From: Octopus bimaculoides
Lineage: Eukaryota
DNA: 64,000 nucleotides
Direction of reading: 5' to 3'
NCBI RefSeq assembly: GCF_001194135.2
Contig: NC_068996.1
Location: forward strand, 22,261,837-22,325,836
The notes beneath the pieces were generated by a model. It was not told the origin of the DNA. It searched no databases and saw only the letters and a list, made by a program, of their open reading frames with translations. The position numbers and the translations under genes were made by a program. Shown here one piece after another: positions 40,917-53,962 of this stretch (the stretch's first letter is position 1; each line of letters opens with the position of its first letter).

Positions 40917-42663
40917 ATCTAGAAGTACCCAAGCCAATGAATCTAACAAGAGCTGATGGCCTTAGTTATAATTTCAGTGAAGAAACTATTCAATAATCCA
41001 TGCCAATATCTGTCATATTTGTGTTTAAATCTGCCAGAATATATTAGGAATAACTATGCAAATCACAGTTTCAAATTTTGCTGTACATCATAAATATGAC
41101 AATTTAATATATATTTTAATTAAATGTTTATAATATTTTTGTAACTTGACATTGCAGAAAGATTTCTTTTTTCATTTTTCTTAACCCTTTATCATTCAGA
41201 TTATTCTGTCAAATACAAAGCTTATTTATTCACATTGTTTTTAATTAATCATGCACTATTGTATAGCTTTAAGATTTTGATGATGTGATAGTTTATTTTC
41301 GAAATGATATTGCAAGGTAGGAGGAAGAGGTAAGATCTGGTCATTTTGAACAGGTATAATATTTTGGCTGGATACAGCCAGTTTAAATACTAAAGGATTA
41401 AAGTTTATGATGTGTCACCTAAAAAACCATTGTACATCAGTACTGATGCACACCATAGGTTTACCATCACTAGCCTTGATAATGAATCCTCCAAGCAGAT
41501 TACAGGTGTCAATCATTATCACCAATATTTCATCATATAATACTAACAAGACTGAAAGGAGTGACAATTTTCTCTACTGCAAAGTCATCCAACTCTTACA
41601 ACAGTATAGAAAGTAAATATCAAATAAAGGAGAAAAAAATGGGCCCAGTAACAATGATAAATCATCTAAAATATTTTCATTCACTAAATATGACCAATCC
41701 TATTGTAACTTTCTCTGTGCTACATGTACAGAATTATGATTAGATATAAATATAACTCAAACTTGAAATGAAATACCCTTACTAATGCCAAATAAAATAT
41801 CAAACATTTAGGCAAACATTCCAATATTGCGATGATCTTTATTCTTATCTGAGCATCCAGCAAGTCTGTTAGAGCTAGTTCTGCAAGTTGTAGGACATTG
41901 AGCAGTAGAGGGAAATTCCCACCTTCTCCCCATCCAATAATTCTATATGCCAGACATATCTGCCAACCTTCTAACTCACAGGATACTGATGGACACAAGC
42001 CACACCACCTTTTAAACTGGTGGATACAAAGAGACATGCACATGTCTATGTACACACATACAGACACTGGGTTTCCAACTACCAAATTCTACTACAAAAC
42101 ATCAGTGTCTGCCTACAGTGCCACACAATGGAATTGAACACACATCAGTTGCTCAGAAAATAAAAATTAAGACATGCTTTATGACAGTTCGGCTGAAGCT
42201 AAAGCCTCTTCGGTCATTAATGATCATAGGATAGCATCCAGAAAGTTGCTCTCTAAGGCACAAATTTGGGCAAGGTTGTTTATGCAAGGCAAGAAGTCGC
42301 CCATGCATACCAGCCTCCCCTCTCCATGCCACCAATGTTATCCAAGGGAAGGGCAAAGGCTAATACAGCTTGGTACCAGTGACGTCACAACTCACTTCTA
42401 CAGATGAGTGAACTGGAGCAATGTGAAATAAAGTGTCTAGCTCAAGAACACAACACACAGCCTAGTCTGGGAATCGAACTCACTACCTCATGATTGTGAA
42501 CCCAACGCTCTAATGATTGAGCCATGCACTTTCACTGAAGCTAAGCTATATAATAACAGTAGTCTGGTCAGGAAAACAAACAAAAAGATATACCTAAATG
42601 AATCATAAAATTATAATAAAAAAATTGAGATGTTGCAAACAATTATCTGAGTTCTTTACTTAC

Positions 42664-44065
42664 CAGTTCCATTAAAAAAGTGTCTGTAATAGTAAGCACC
42701 ATAATCCACATATTCAATAATGAAGTCTTTGTGTTTTACAAATGATGGCAATGACTGACCAGATGAGTTCAAAGAGGAGTCTAAGACTGAGATTCCTGTA
42801 CAAATAGAATTCCGATAAATAACACCATGTTCTATCTCTTTGTTGGAAGGTAGCTTGTTTCGTTTCTGTGCTGTGACTTTACATAAGCTAATGTTACGAC
42901 ATTCCTCACCACCCAACTCATTTCGAAAAAATGGACAACTCAACACTAAATTATTGCTTTTGTTGTCTCCTTCGTCCTGTTCAGAACACAGTTCAGTGTT
43001 ATCTTTGTCTCCTGTGTAACTGTTACGATTAACAGATGCAGCAGATGCCCCAGTTGTAGTATTTTTCCTCTCTGTAGCGTTATTTCGCTTATCTATCAAA
43101 TCATAGACATTAATGCCAATGCTTTGACAATCAAAATGAACAAATGCTTTACGCATTATTCTCTCCTCGTTCCGACTATCAAAGCCATCTGATACATCAG
43201 AAGTTTTCATTCCCATATCTGATCCATCAGCTTTTGCACCTCTTAACTTTCGGAATATTCCTGACCCAGCTTCTCCAGTGATCGACTTTGCACGTACTTT
43301 GCGATCTTTGTGCTTAAATTTTGTTTTCAATTTTGGACTTTGAGTGCTTTCAGAATCTTTTTCAGAAGAAAGACATTCTGATTTTATAACACTGTGGCTG
43401 CTTGGAGTCAGCTTTTCAGGCATTGCCTTCCCTCGTAAGACTTCATGAAACTTTGGAGGAGCAGGACTTCTTTGGTCTGCATTCCTAAGTTTATAATCTC
43501 TTACCATATCAAAGAAACCTTCATGGTTTGTTGGAATAGTATCAAGTGAAGATGTACTTCCATATTCTCTACGAGAAGAAACAACAGTTTTAGATACATC
43601 TTCATCAGAATATTCTACACAATCCATCTCTAAATTACTATTGCTCCGATACAGACCAGCCCGACTTAACTGCTGAGCCTTGCCCTCATTTTTCACTTTA
43701 GCTGTTTGATTGGAAATCGGTTTCTCAGTAGGTGGTTGATTCATTTGGCAAGTTGCTCTGCGTCGAGCTAGAAACTTTTCTGTACTCGACCGATGCATTT
43801 CAAGATACCTCAAACTAGTTCGTTGAAAGTTTTCTCGGGTCTGAAAATAGTCTCTCTCTCCACCCGTATCATCTGGTTCATTAAGATGTCTACATGCATC
43901 ACTCTCATCATCACATATGTTATTAGAAACCTTTTCATTCAGAAATGGTTTCTGGCCATAGTCAGCAGATTTCTTTGTCCTGGGAGGAGATGTGTCCAAA
44001 GGTATCATATAAGAAGAGCCCCTACCTGCTCTTCGTTTTGATGAAACTGGTTCATCTGAAGCCAT
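42664..44065 (-). CDS. SIPA1L: First large coding exon of a SIPA1L/SPAR-family (signal-induced proliferation-associated 1-like) Rap GAP. It covers the N-terminal region up to the start of the RapGAP domain; the CDS continues past a phase-1 intron.
   Basis: The 469-aa ORF carries family motifs in the expected order: REYGSTSSLD, FVHFDCQSI, NTTTGASAAS, NNLVLSCPFFRNELGGE, IIEYVDYGAYYYRHFF. A strong donor (ACTG|GTAAGT, GT at 42663-42662) follows the last motif, so the ORF's terminal GK* is intronic. The ATG context is GACATGG. The paralog cannot be assigned. Confidence 0.93.
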
Positions 44066-44471
44066 GTCATACCATTATTCTTCAGTCATTTCAAATGAAA
44101 GTAATAAACTTTATTTTTTTACTAGTAAATGAATATATTTCTATTATAATCGATATTATTACTACAACTGATGAAATTTTTAATTTCCAGGTATCATGAA
44201 AAACTTTTAAATATAAATTAACAAGAAAATTGTAATTACAGCAGTGAATATATTTTCAAAGTCAGAACTTTCTTGCATTGTATCTAATATTTTTTTTTTC
44301 TATTACCAGATTAATGGAATAAATAAAACTGATGAAGAACTTTGGGGATTTAGTAATTTTAGTACAACCACAAGACTAGTTATATTTGCAGGAATCATGG
44401 TTTCAAAACAATGTCCTCTTCATACATAGATATGTTGAAAGGTGGTCAAAATGTGTAACAGCAGTCAATAC
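44066..44471 (-). other. Inferred 5' UTR portion of the same exon, with a splice acceptor at 44473-44472
   Basis: The minus strand reads TTTTCTTTTTGTTTCTTTCAACAG|GTATTG, a polypyrimidine tract plus AG. No transcript evidence. Confidence 0.55.
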
Positions 44472-44692
44472 CTGTTGAAAGAAACAAAAAGAAAATCAGA
44501 TGAATAGCAATATTGGAATAATATTGAAATTTTATCGCTAAAAATAAACACACACACATACAGGTTTACATGTTATAGCTTTGCTCAGCAACAATTATAC
44601 ATGATGAATGTCTCTCAGGATATGCCCTGACACATCACCATCAATCTAACTACCTACCTATCTTTTCCAACAGGGCTAGCCATGCATCTCTC

Positions 44693-45475
44693 CTATAGGG
44701 CTTTCCTATAAGTAGGTTATCTCCCTTGGCTAGGCGGCGCTCCATGTAGATAATTAAACTTCCGGAGGCTAACCCACGCCATTGTTATTGTTTTACGTCT
44801 TATCATGGATATAAAGCAGCTTGATGATTCAGCTATCGAAGTACTTACTGTGCCCGAGTTAAAGAAATATTTAAGATTATATGGACAGTATGTTACTGGA
44901 AGAAAGGCGGACTTGACTGAAAGGTTGAAAGGAATAAAAATTCTGTCAATGAAGAATGTCAACAAAGTAAATTCATCGGACGATAAGTCTGAAGTATTGG
45001 ACGATAAGTCTGAAGTATTGGACGATAAGTCTGAAGTNNNNNNNNNNNNNNNNNNNNNNNNNNNNNNNNNNNNNNNNNNNNNNNNNNNNNNNNNNNNNNN
45101 NNNNNNNNNNNNNNNNNNNNNAAGTTGCCGAATTTCACAGATAATGACATAATTACCTCATGCTACGGATGAAAGCAAAGCAACAGTTAAGGAGTGGCAT
45201 ATTTTACCACGACAGACACGTACACAGCATCGAATACCACGATGTGAGTGAAAGCTGCTCTCACTGTATTGTCCGGTGTCTGGTAATCCCTTCGATACCG
45301 ACATCAAACCAAAAAAAGAATCCTGAGCACAGAGTGTGGGTAATTATGTCAAATGTCACTGGCAATGTGCATTCAGCTGATTGCAACTGTTAAAGCAAGT
45401 CACTGAGCATGCGTACATGTCATACGGGAGAGTTCCAATCAGGGGTGGATAACACCTTATAGGAAAGCCCTATAG
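44693..45475 (+). mobile_element. ~780-bp TIR DNA transposon derivative carrying SAP-domain and SWIM-like zinc-finger coding remnants
   Basis: 20-bp perfect inverted ends CTATAGGGCTTTCCTATAAG / CTTATAGGAAAGCCCTATAG. The ORF from 44805 reads LTVPELKKYLRLYGQYVTGRKADLTERL (SAP). After the gap it reads LPNFTDNDI..YLMLRMK...VIPS...HRVWVIMSNVTGNVHSADCNC* (start of a SWIM finger). Confidence 0.85.
44980..45037 (+). repeat. 21-bp in-frame tandem repeat encoding DDKSEVL, running into an N gap
   Basis: GGACGATAAGTCTGAAGTATT, about 2.8 copies visible. Confidence 0.9.
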
Positions 45476-46315
45476 CAAGGGACCCATTTCTGTTCCTCTA
45501 TCATATTTTAATCTCCCTTGGCATTGGGTTGCGAACTCCTGCCAAATCACCTAATCCATGCCCAGATACACACACACACACACACACACCACAGAAAAGT
45601 CAGGAGGTATGATGGGTGAAATAAATATTTATTTAACCACATGAATCCTTAGGATTAAGTCTATTTGGCAACCTTCTTCATGTAGTATTAATTTCAGAGT
45701 AGAAGAAATTATGCTTAAATGTTTGCATTAGTATGTATGCTCAGCATTATACAAGACAATGCTGAAAAGTTCCTGGCTTTAAAAGTATCATGGAAGGCCT
45801 GGTTAGAGGCCCAACTTTGAGTTCTTTTACAAGACTTAGAGAATCTGAGAATCATAATTGAGTGATCCTCCTGTATTTTCTTTTACACAAAACCAAAACT
45901 TTTCAACCCACCATACTACACAAAATCAATGCAAATAAAGAAAGCTGGCTCACCAGAACATCATGGTTACATTATTGATTCAACTCTAAGAGTATAAATA
46001 AATTTTTCAACTCCAAACCACCTCTTATCCATCCAGTAGAGCAATGATCATACTAGGAGAAAATATCCTCTGTGTGTGTGTTTGTTTTTTTTAACAAGAA
46101 CAGTGTACTTTGAACTGTATCATCTAGGATTAAGATGTGCTTGATCTAAGGCGGTGGGGGTGATTTGGTTACTATTTCTAAGAGATCAAGTAACAACAGA
46201 GTCCCAGCTAACCCATTAGATTAAATATAAGATGTTAATATGACAGGCAGATTTTTGAAGGGAATGTTTATCAACTATCTTAATTTAATATATATATATA
46301 AAAGCCACGCGCCTG

Positions 46316-46676
46316 TGAAGGCGCGTGGCTTAGTGGTTAGGGCATTTGGCTCCCGATCGTAAGGTCATGAGTTCAATTCCCGGTGACGTGTTGTGTCCTT
46401 GAGCAAGACACTTTATTTCACGTTGCTCAAGTCCACTCAGCTGACAAAAATGAGTAGTAACTGTATCTGAAAAGGCCAGCCTTGTCACACTCTGTGTCAC
46501 GCTGAATCTCCCTGAGAACTACGTTAGGGGTACACGTGTCTGTGGAATGCTCAGTCACTTGCACGTTAATTTNNNNNNNNNNGTGGAATGCTCAGTCACT
46601 TGCACGTTAATTTCACAAGCAAGCTGTTCCGTTGATCGTATCAGCTGGGACCCTCGTCGTCGTAACCGACGGAGTA
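46316..46676 (+). mobile_element. SINE combining the 11.8-kb-type head with a family-B-type 3' body
   Basis: Head GTGAAGGCGCGTGGCTTAGTGG and CORE-like TGTGTCCTTGAGCAAGACACTT, followed by GAGAACTACGTTAGGGGTACACGTGTCTGTGG as in 13131-13515. Confidence 0.75.
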
Positions 46677-47110
46677 CTCCTTCATATATTTATATATATG
46701 TAAATCTTATCTTGTTTCAATCAAGTGGTTGTGGCCAGGTTGAGGCATTGCCTTGAAAGCTTTTTAGTCAAACTAATTGACCCAGGACTTTTTTTTAATT
46801 TAAGAACAAAAAACCTGGTACTTATTCTATTGGTTGCTTTTGCCAAACCGCTAACTACAGGGATGTAAACATATCAACACCAATTGTCAAGCAGTTGACA
46901 AACACAGACACAAAGACACACACAATTACATATATATCTATACACACACACATATATATATATATATACATACATATACACAAAAAACTTCTATCAGTTT
47001 CCGGCTACCAAATCCACTCATAAGATTTTGGTTGGCCTGAGGGAGATACTTTCCCAAGGTGTCCCGCAGTGGGAAGCCAGCTTCTTATCACACAGTCATG
47101 CCTATCTATC

Positions 47111-47350
47111 TATAATTTATATAAGGGCATTACTATATAGTAATGCCTCATGCTTAGAGGAACTAAATAAGTCAAAACTACCAAAAAATACATATTGTTG
47201 CATAAAAAATATATAAAAAATACATATTGTTACATAAGTTGCATTCCCTCGCTTTCGGTAAATATGTGCTTATTTTTTGGTAGTTTTGACTTATTTAGTC
47301 CCTCTAAGCATGAGGCATTACTATATAGTAATGCCCTTATATAAATTATA
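47111..47350. mobile_element. 240-bp MITE with ~80-bp near-perfect TIRs, each containing a 22-bp palindrome
   Basis: 47111-47190 is the reverse complement of 47271-47350 with one mismatch. Each arm contains GGCATTACTATATAGTAATGCC. Confidence 0.85.
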
Positions 47351-48551
47351 TATATTTATGGAAAAAAACGATGGGTTTTTTTCCTTATAGGGTTTTTTCA
47401 CGCTGACTACTTGATAAATTCTTATAAAGATTTTATCCTATATTATATTATAAATAATTAGAATATATTCAGTGCTGAATATTATTCTGTAAAAGCACGT
47501 GTTACCGAGATGCAACTGGATAAAGCCAGCCTCTTTCATGGATATATAAGGATAAACAGAAGTCATCGTACTTTGTTGGGNNNNNNNNNNNNNNNNNNNN
47601 NNNNNNNNNNNNNNNNNNNNNNNNNNNNNNNNNNNNNNNNNNNNNNNNNNNNNNNNNNNNNNNNNNNNNNNNNNNNNNNNNNNNNNNNNNNNNNNNNNNN
47701 NNNNNNNNNNNNNNNNNNNNNNNNNNNNNNNNNNNNNNNNNNNNNNNNNNNNNNNNNNNNNNNNNNNNNNNNNNNNNNNNNNNNNNNNNNNNNNNNNNNN
47801 NNNNNNNNNNNNNNNNNNNNNNNNNNNNNNNNNNNNNNNNNNNNNNNNNNNNNNNNNNNNNNNNNNNNNNNNNNNNNNNNNNNNNNNNNNNNNNNNNNNN
47901 NNNNNNNNNNNNNNNNNNNNNNNNNNNNNNNNNNNNNNNNNNNNNNNNNNNNNNNNNNNNNNNNNNNNNNNNNNNNNNNNNNNNNNNNNNNNNNNNNNNN
48001 NNNNNNNNNNNNNNNNNNNNNNNNNNNNNNNNNNNNNNNNNNNNNNNNNNNNNNNNNNNNNNNNNNNNNNNNNNNNNNNNNNNNNNNNNNNNNNNNNNNN
48101 NNNNNNNNNNNNNNNNNNNNNNNNNNNNNNNNNNNNNNNNNNNNNNNNNNNNNNNNNNNNNNNNNNNNNNNNNNNNNNNNNNNNNNNNNNNNNNNNNNNN
48201 NNNNNNNNNNNNNNNNNNNNNNNNNNNNNNNNNNNNNNNNNNNNNNNNNNNNNNNNNNNNNNNNNNNNNNNNNNNNNNNNNNNNNNNNNNNNNNNNNNNN
48301 NNNNNNNNNNNNNNNNNNNNNNNNNNNNNNNNNNNNNNNNNNNNNNNNNNNNNNNNNNNNNNNNNNNNNNNNNNNNNNNNNNNNNNNNNNNNNNNNNNNN
48401 NNNNNNNNNNNNNNNNNNNNNNNNNNNNNNNNNNNNNNNNNNNNNNNNNNNNNNNNNNNNNNNNNNNNNNNNNNNNNNNNNNNNNNNNNNNNNNNNNNNN
48501 NNNNNNNNNNNNNNNNNNNNNNNNNNNNNNNNNNNNNNNNNNNNNNNNNNN

Positions 48552-48603
<52 letters not shown>

Positions 48604-49139
48604 TAATGATGGTTTAGCCAGTCGAAACTTTAAAGTCACCATTAATAACTATTCTTGTTAAAGAATAAATGTGCTCTACAAAAAGTACTGAGTAACCCTT
48701 CAGTTTAATGTTAAATTGTTCTTATTATAACATAAAAAATGCACATGTGTGTGCTTGTGTGCATGCACACATTCAGCTTTCAAGCTGGCATGGGTTGGAC
48801 TGTGACATGATTCGATGAGTAAAAAGGACTGTGTTAAGCTCCAAAGTCTGCTTCAGAACAATTTCTATAGCTGGATACCCTTCACAACACCAACTTCTCT
48901 AAAAAGTGTACTAGATAGTTCTTCATGGTACCAGCATTAATGTGAGGCTGCCATGTAACTCACAAGACTAAAAAGTCCCTACCCCTTACCTAATCTTCCC
49001 AATCTTCTTTGAAGACATACTCTGAGCACATCACCTTTGTCTTTCAAGTCCACTGATTACTCCGACAGAAATCTCCTTTACCCGTTTCCTATACCTACTT
49101 TGATTGCCTATATTATTATTATTATTATTATTAATTATC

Positions 49140-49265
<126 letters not shown>

Positions 49266-51729
49266 TTACATATATGAATGTTGACTGGCAATTTCAAGCT
49301 TCTATGGAGAAAGCAATTACATTTTTTATGCATTTCTTTCCTAAACTAGTTCTGTGAACCAAAGAAAGTACAAAAGGTGATGAGTAAGAATGTAGATATC
49401 TAGTTTTAAAGAAAGTATTTCCTGCATAGAAATCTTAACTATCATCAAAGGGGATTTTTTCCAGTCAAATGATTACATTTCAATTCACAAAACACAATAA
49501 ATTCATGTGGTGTAAACACAAAATATGTGTGCTGTAAACACAAAATTCATGAAATAAGATCTGTGTGCCAAGTTCTCATGTTATTAGACAGAGACTTTTC
49601 TTTTGAAGAAAATGAACTACACATCCCTCACACATTATTAGTAATCTCACAAAAAGAATCAAATATTACTATTTCTAGTCCTCAAAGTCAACATTGATTT
49701 ATAACAAATGAAACAAACTGAGAGATGTGTGTGTACATATAACATTTCTTTGAAGAAAAACCCTTCTTAAAACATCAGAACTCACTTTTTATGATTAAAA
49801 CTTATTTTATAAATCCTATTAAGCTTTTTTCTTTTTCTGTCAGAGATCATCACTAGTTTTTTTTTTTTATCCCTCTAGCATTCACATTATTTTGTCAAAT
49901 ATAATTCTTATTTATTCACATTGTTTTGAATTGATCAGGCATTATTTTGCAGCTTTGAGATTTCGATGAGTTAACTTAATTTTTAGAATGACACTGTGGG
50001 GTTGGCGTGAGAGCCCAAGATCTGACCAGTTTGAACATAAAACAGGTAGATATTTTGAACAGATATGGCCTGTTTAAATGCTAAGGGGTTAAATTATATA
50101 TTACTTAGCCTCAGTCATTAGACTGCTGCTAAGAATTTTAGTTGAATGAACTGACCTGAGTACTTATTTTTTAAAGCCTGGTACTTATTCTATCAGTCTC
50201 TTTTGCCAAACTGCTAAGATACAGGGACATAAACATACCAACACTGGTTGTCAAACAGTGGTGGGAGGCAAATACACACACACACACACACAACAGGCTT
50301 CTTTCAATTTCCATCTACCAAATCCTCTCACAAGGCTTTTGTTAGCCTGACACTATTGAAGACAGTTGCTCAAGGTGCCATGCAAAGGGACTGAACCTAG
50401 AACCTAAATGTAAATCTAGTTTTTGTTTTGTAAGATGAAAGTTTGTAGTAGTGTGTGTGTGTGTGTGTGTGTGTGTGTCCATCCCACCATAACTTGACAA
50501 TCAGTGTTGGTGTGTTTACATCCCTGTAACAAAAGGGAACTCTTGAATAAATACAAGGCTTTAAAATAAAAAATAAGTACTGGGGTTAATCTGTTCAACA
50601 AAAATTCTTCAAGGCTATGCCCCAGCACGGCTGCAGTCTATGAGTGAAACCAGTGAAAGATAAAAAAAGATCCAGGATACAGTAAATGCATGGTTTGACT
50701 TTGGTTCACTTTTATCCATACAAGGAGATGGGGTACTCAACAGTTATCAATACACTGAGAGTTATTATCAATACATCTCAATGCTTCTAAATTACAATCT
50801 ACTAGAGAAATAACTTCTGCTTAGATAGTAAAGTTAACCCTTTTATTATCTTATTTTTGTTGAAATATACTGTTCTTTGTTATAATTAACTTCAGCAATA
50901 ATGAAGAATTTAGTAAAATGGCTTAAGATGATGTTTGGAATACAAATTAACACGAAATTTAGATGGAAGTTTTTAATTTAGATCACTTAAAAAAAAAAAA
51001 TTGCATCAGAGAACTAGGAGCAGTCTCAGGTGAACTGGTATCAAAAATGTTAAAGCCCAGTATAATTCCATCACTTGGTACCTTTTAGCAGAGTGGTACC
51101 TTGGAGGCCTTTAGCAAAGTGGTACCTTGGAAGCCTTTGGCAGAGTAGCCCACTTTGTTGCAAGCATTGAAGCCAAGTATTCAGTTTGAGGATACCTTCC
51201 TCCTCTCCTTTCCTCCCTCTAGTCTCGTTAAATGGTCATGAGCATTACCTTCCCATCTAATTAAAAAGAAAAAAAAAACAGAAGTACTATGGTAGATACA
51301 TGATTCACTATTCTCTTCCTCCAATTTCTGGCCTCACACCTCTGTAAGAAATTATTATTATTGTTGTTGTTGTTGTTGTAAAATGAAGCCAACCATCTAA
51401 AACGACTCAAAAAATATCAGATTATTAACATGGAGAGATGGTCTCAAAGGCAGGGCAAGACAGTAAAGAGGCTGAGAGTTGCAGTGTGAGATGAGAGAGA
51501 AAGGAAGTGGAACTGACAAGAGGCCAGCCATCCAGCACAGTAAATAAAGAAAAACAGGTAATACAAATCATTAACTTATTTCACATGCCAAGATTTGCTT
51601 CTTTTTTTTTTTTTTTTTTTTTTTTTTTTCTTTCACTGCTATTATACAGAGGCAACAATAAATATACAGCGTTTGGTTTGTCTCGCTCACTTGCTCATGG
51701 CACAGAAAAATATGATGAAAGACTTTTCC

Positions 51730-51768
<39 letters not shown>

Positions 51769-52114
51769 ACTATATTTCATGGTTACAATGAAACAGGTTA
51801 TATGTTTCTGAGTATTAGCATACATTTTCCCTTTCAGGTTACACTACTGCTGAGACGACGACGACGACAACGTCATTGTTGTATAAGTTAGCATAAAAAT
51901 TAACCTACAAACAATATAACGTAGTGAACTTCTCTATATATGAGAGTAAAATATTTCTAAAATGCTTTGTGTGGTAAGAGGTTTGCTACCTGACACATGG
52001 TTCTGGGTTCAGTCCCACTGCACAGCACCTTGGACAAGTGTCTTCTACAATAACCCCAAACCAACCAAAGCCCTGTGAATGGATTTGACAAATAGAAACA
52101 GAACTAAGCCCATG

Positions 52115-52159
<45 letters not shown>

Positions 52160-53075
52160 TGGCAACCAGTGTTCATTTATTTATATCCCCTATAACTTAG
52201 TGGTTTAGCAAAAGAAACCAATAGAATAAGTATCAGACTTTAAAATAACTATTGGAGTCGATTTGTTTAAGGTGGTGTCACAGCTTGGGCATTGTCAAGT
52301 GAATAAATGAACAAAAGATAAATGATAAATAACAAGGTTTTTCTTATAGTGGTAGAATATACGTTTGTAGAGTAGGGAAAGAGAGAGAGATTAAATGAAC
52401 TTTAAGACATTCGTGCCACATTTTCAGCTGATCTTGGACCATTGGAAAGAAAAACGAGAGGAAAAATCCCCAGTAGAATTTGAACTTAGAGTTTGAATAA
52501 CCAGAGTTAAGCATGTATACACACACACACATTACATGCATACACACAACACATGCACATACGCACATAACACATCATGTCTACAGGCACACATGCACAC
52601 ACATTGTCGACACAAACACACATACCACACCACATAAACATGTCCACACATCCACACATGTATACGTACACCTATGCACACAAACAAACACATTACACAC
52701 ATACAGGCACACATACATTAGCTATGTTAAAACTAACTAAGAGTTCAATCTTTTTTATTATTTAGGATTTTCCTATATCCTTATATGTCCTTTGTGTTTT
52801 GTTTGAAGTGAACCAGTAATCAATGTGTAATATGATGATTCTTATCGGCTTTCATCCTTCCCATGATCCCTTGCTGCTAACGACAACAATGAGGAAACAA
52901 TGTGACAGTGACCACTTCACTTAGAAGTTTAAGCCAAGGTCATGAAATGTTAATGGACTTATAGACATTATTGTTCCATACCAACAAAGGACTAAATAAG
53001 TTTTAAAAAATAAATAAGCATATACACACACACGCATGTACATGTGTATATACATTATATCTATATATCTATATA

Positions 53076-53115
<40 letters not shown>

Positions 53116-53572
53116 TTTGATATATATGGAAGATGAAAACATGGAATTTGAAACAAGTGATCAGATTCTGTAATAAAATGTATCTTATGACAAGATGGAG
53201 GATGAGATAGAGACTTTATAACATACCAGGTAACAGGGAATTTTTATCAAACAACCTGCCAAGGGCAACAAACCAGAGTTGTGACTGGTGCAAGTTCCAG
53301 CCAAGCAGAAGGTGGGATTGGTTTTAGAATAGTACAACAGAAAAAAAACCATAAAGGCTAAGAGACCAACCTGAAAAAATTCAAAGAGGGCAGCCAACAA
53401 AAATATGGAATAACACATAGAAAGCAAGATAAGAAGCCTAAAATAAGAGTTTTGCACACGTTTTGTAAATGTCATGATCAAGACATGAGATATTCTGGAT
53501 TAAAAAGCAATGCAGGAGAGAGAATCTGTAGAAATACGTACGGTTTGATAATAGCACATTATTTCTTCTGAC

Positions 53573-53962
53573 GTGGAGGCGCAATGGCCCAGTGGTTAGG
53601 GCAGCGGACTCGCGGTCATAGGATCGCAGTTTCGATTCCCAGACCGGGCGTTGTGAGTGTTTATTGAGCGAAAACACCTAAAGCTCCACGAGGCTCCGGC
53701 AGGGGATGGTGGCCAACCCTGCTGTACTCTTTCACCAGAACTTTCTCTCACTCTTACTTCCTGTTTCTGTTGTGCCTGTAATTCAAAGGGTCGGCCTTGT
53801 CACACTGTGTCACGCTGAATATCCCCGAGAACTACGTTAAGGGTACATGTGTCTGTGGAGTGCTCAGCCACTTGCATGTTAATTTCAGGAGCAGGTTGTT
53901 CCGTTGATCAGATCAACTGGAACTCTCAACGTCGTAAGTGACAGAGTGCCAACAACAACAAC
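53573..53962 (+). mobile_element. Young full-length family-B SINE with a 10-bp TSD
   Basis: TSD TTCTTCTGAC at 53563-53572 and 53963-53972, with a (CAA)n tail. Confidence 0.9.

Noticed and set aside
43793-44199. Plus-strand ORFs overlapping the SIPA1L exon
   Set aside because: Short antisense shadows of the real CDS, with no independent features.
46538-46612. Exact ~30-bp duplication flanking a 10-N gap inside a SINE
   Set aside because: This looks like an unmerged contig overlap.
48601-48640. CTAATGATGG...CCAGTCGAAAC, a second hammerhead-like string
   Set aside because: The core has G5 changed to A, and I could not build consistent helices I and II around it.
51077-51146. 26-bp direct repeat, about 2.7 copies, superficially CRISPR-like
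   Set aside because: The units are contiguous with no unique spacers, there are no cas genes, and the context is eukaryotic. It is a plain minisatellite.
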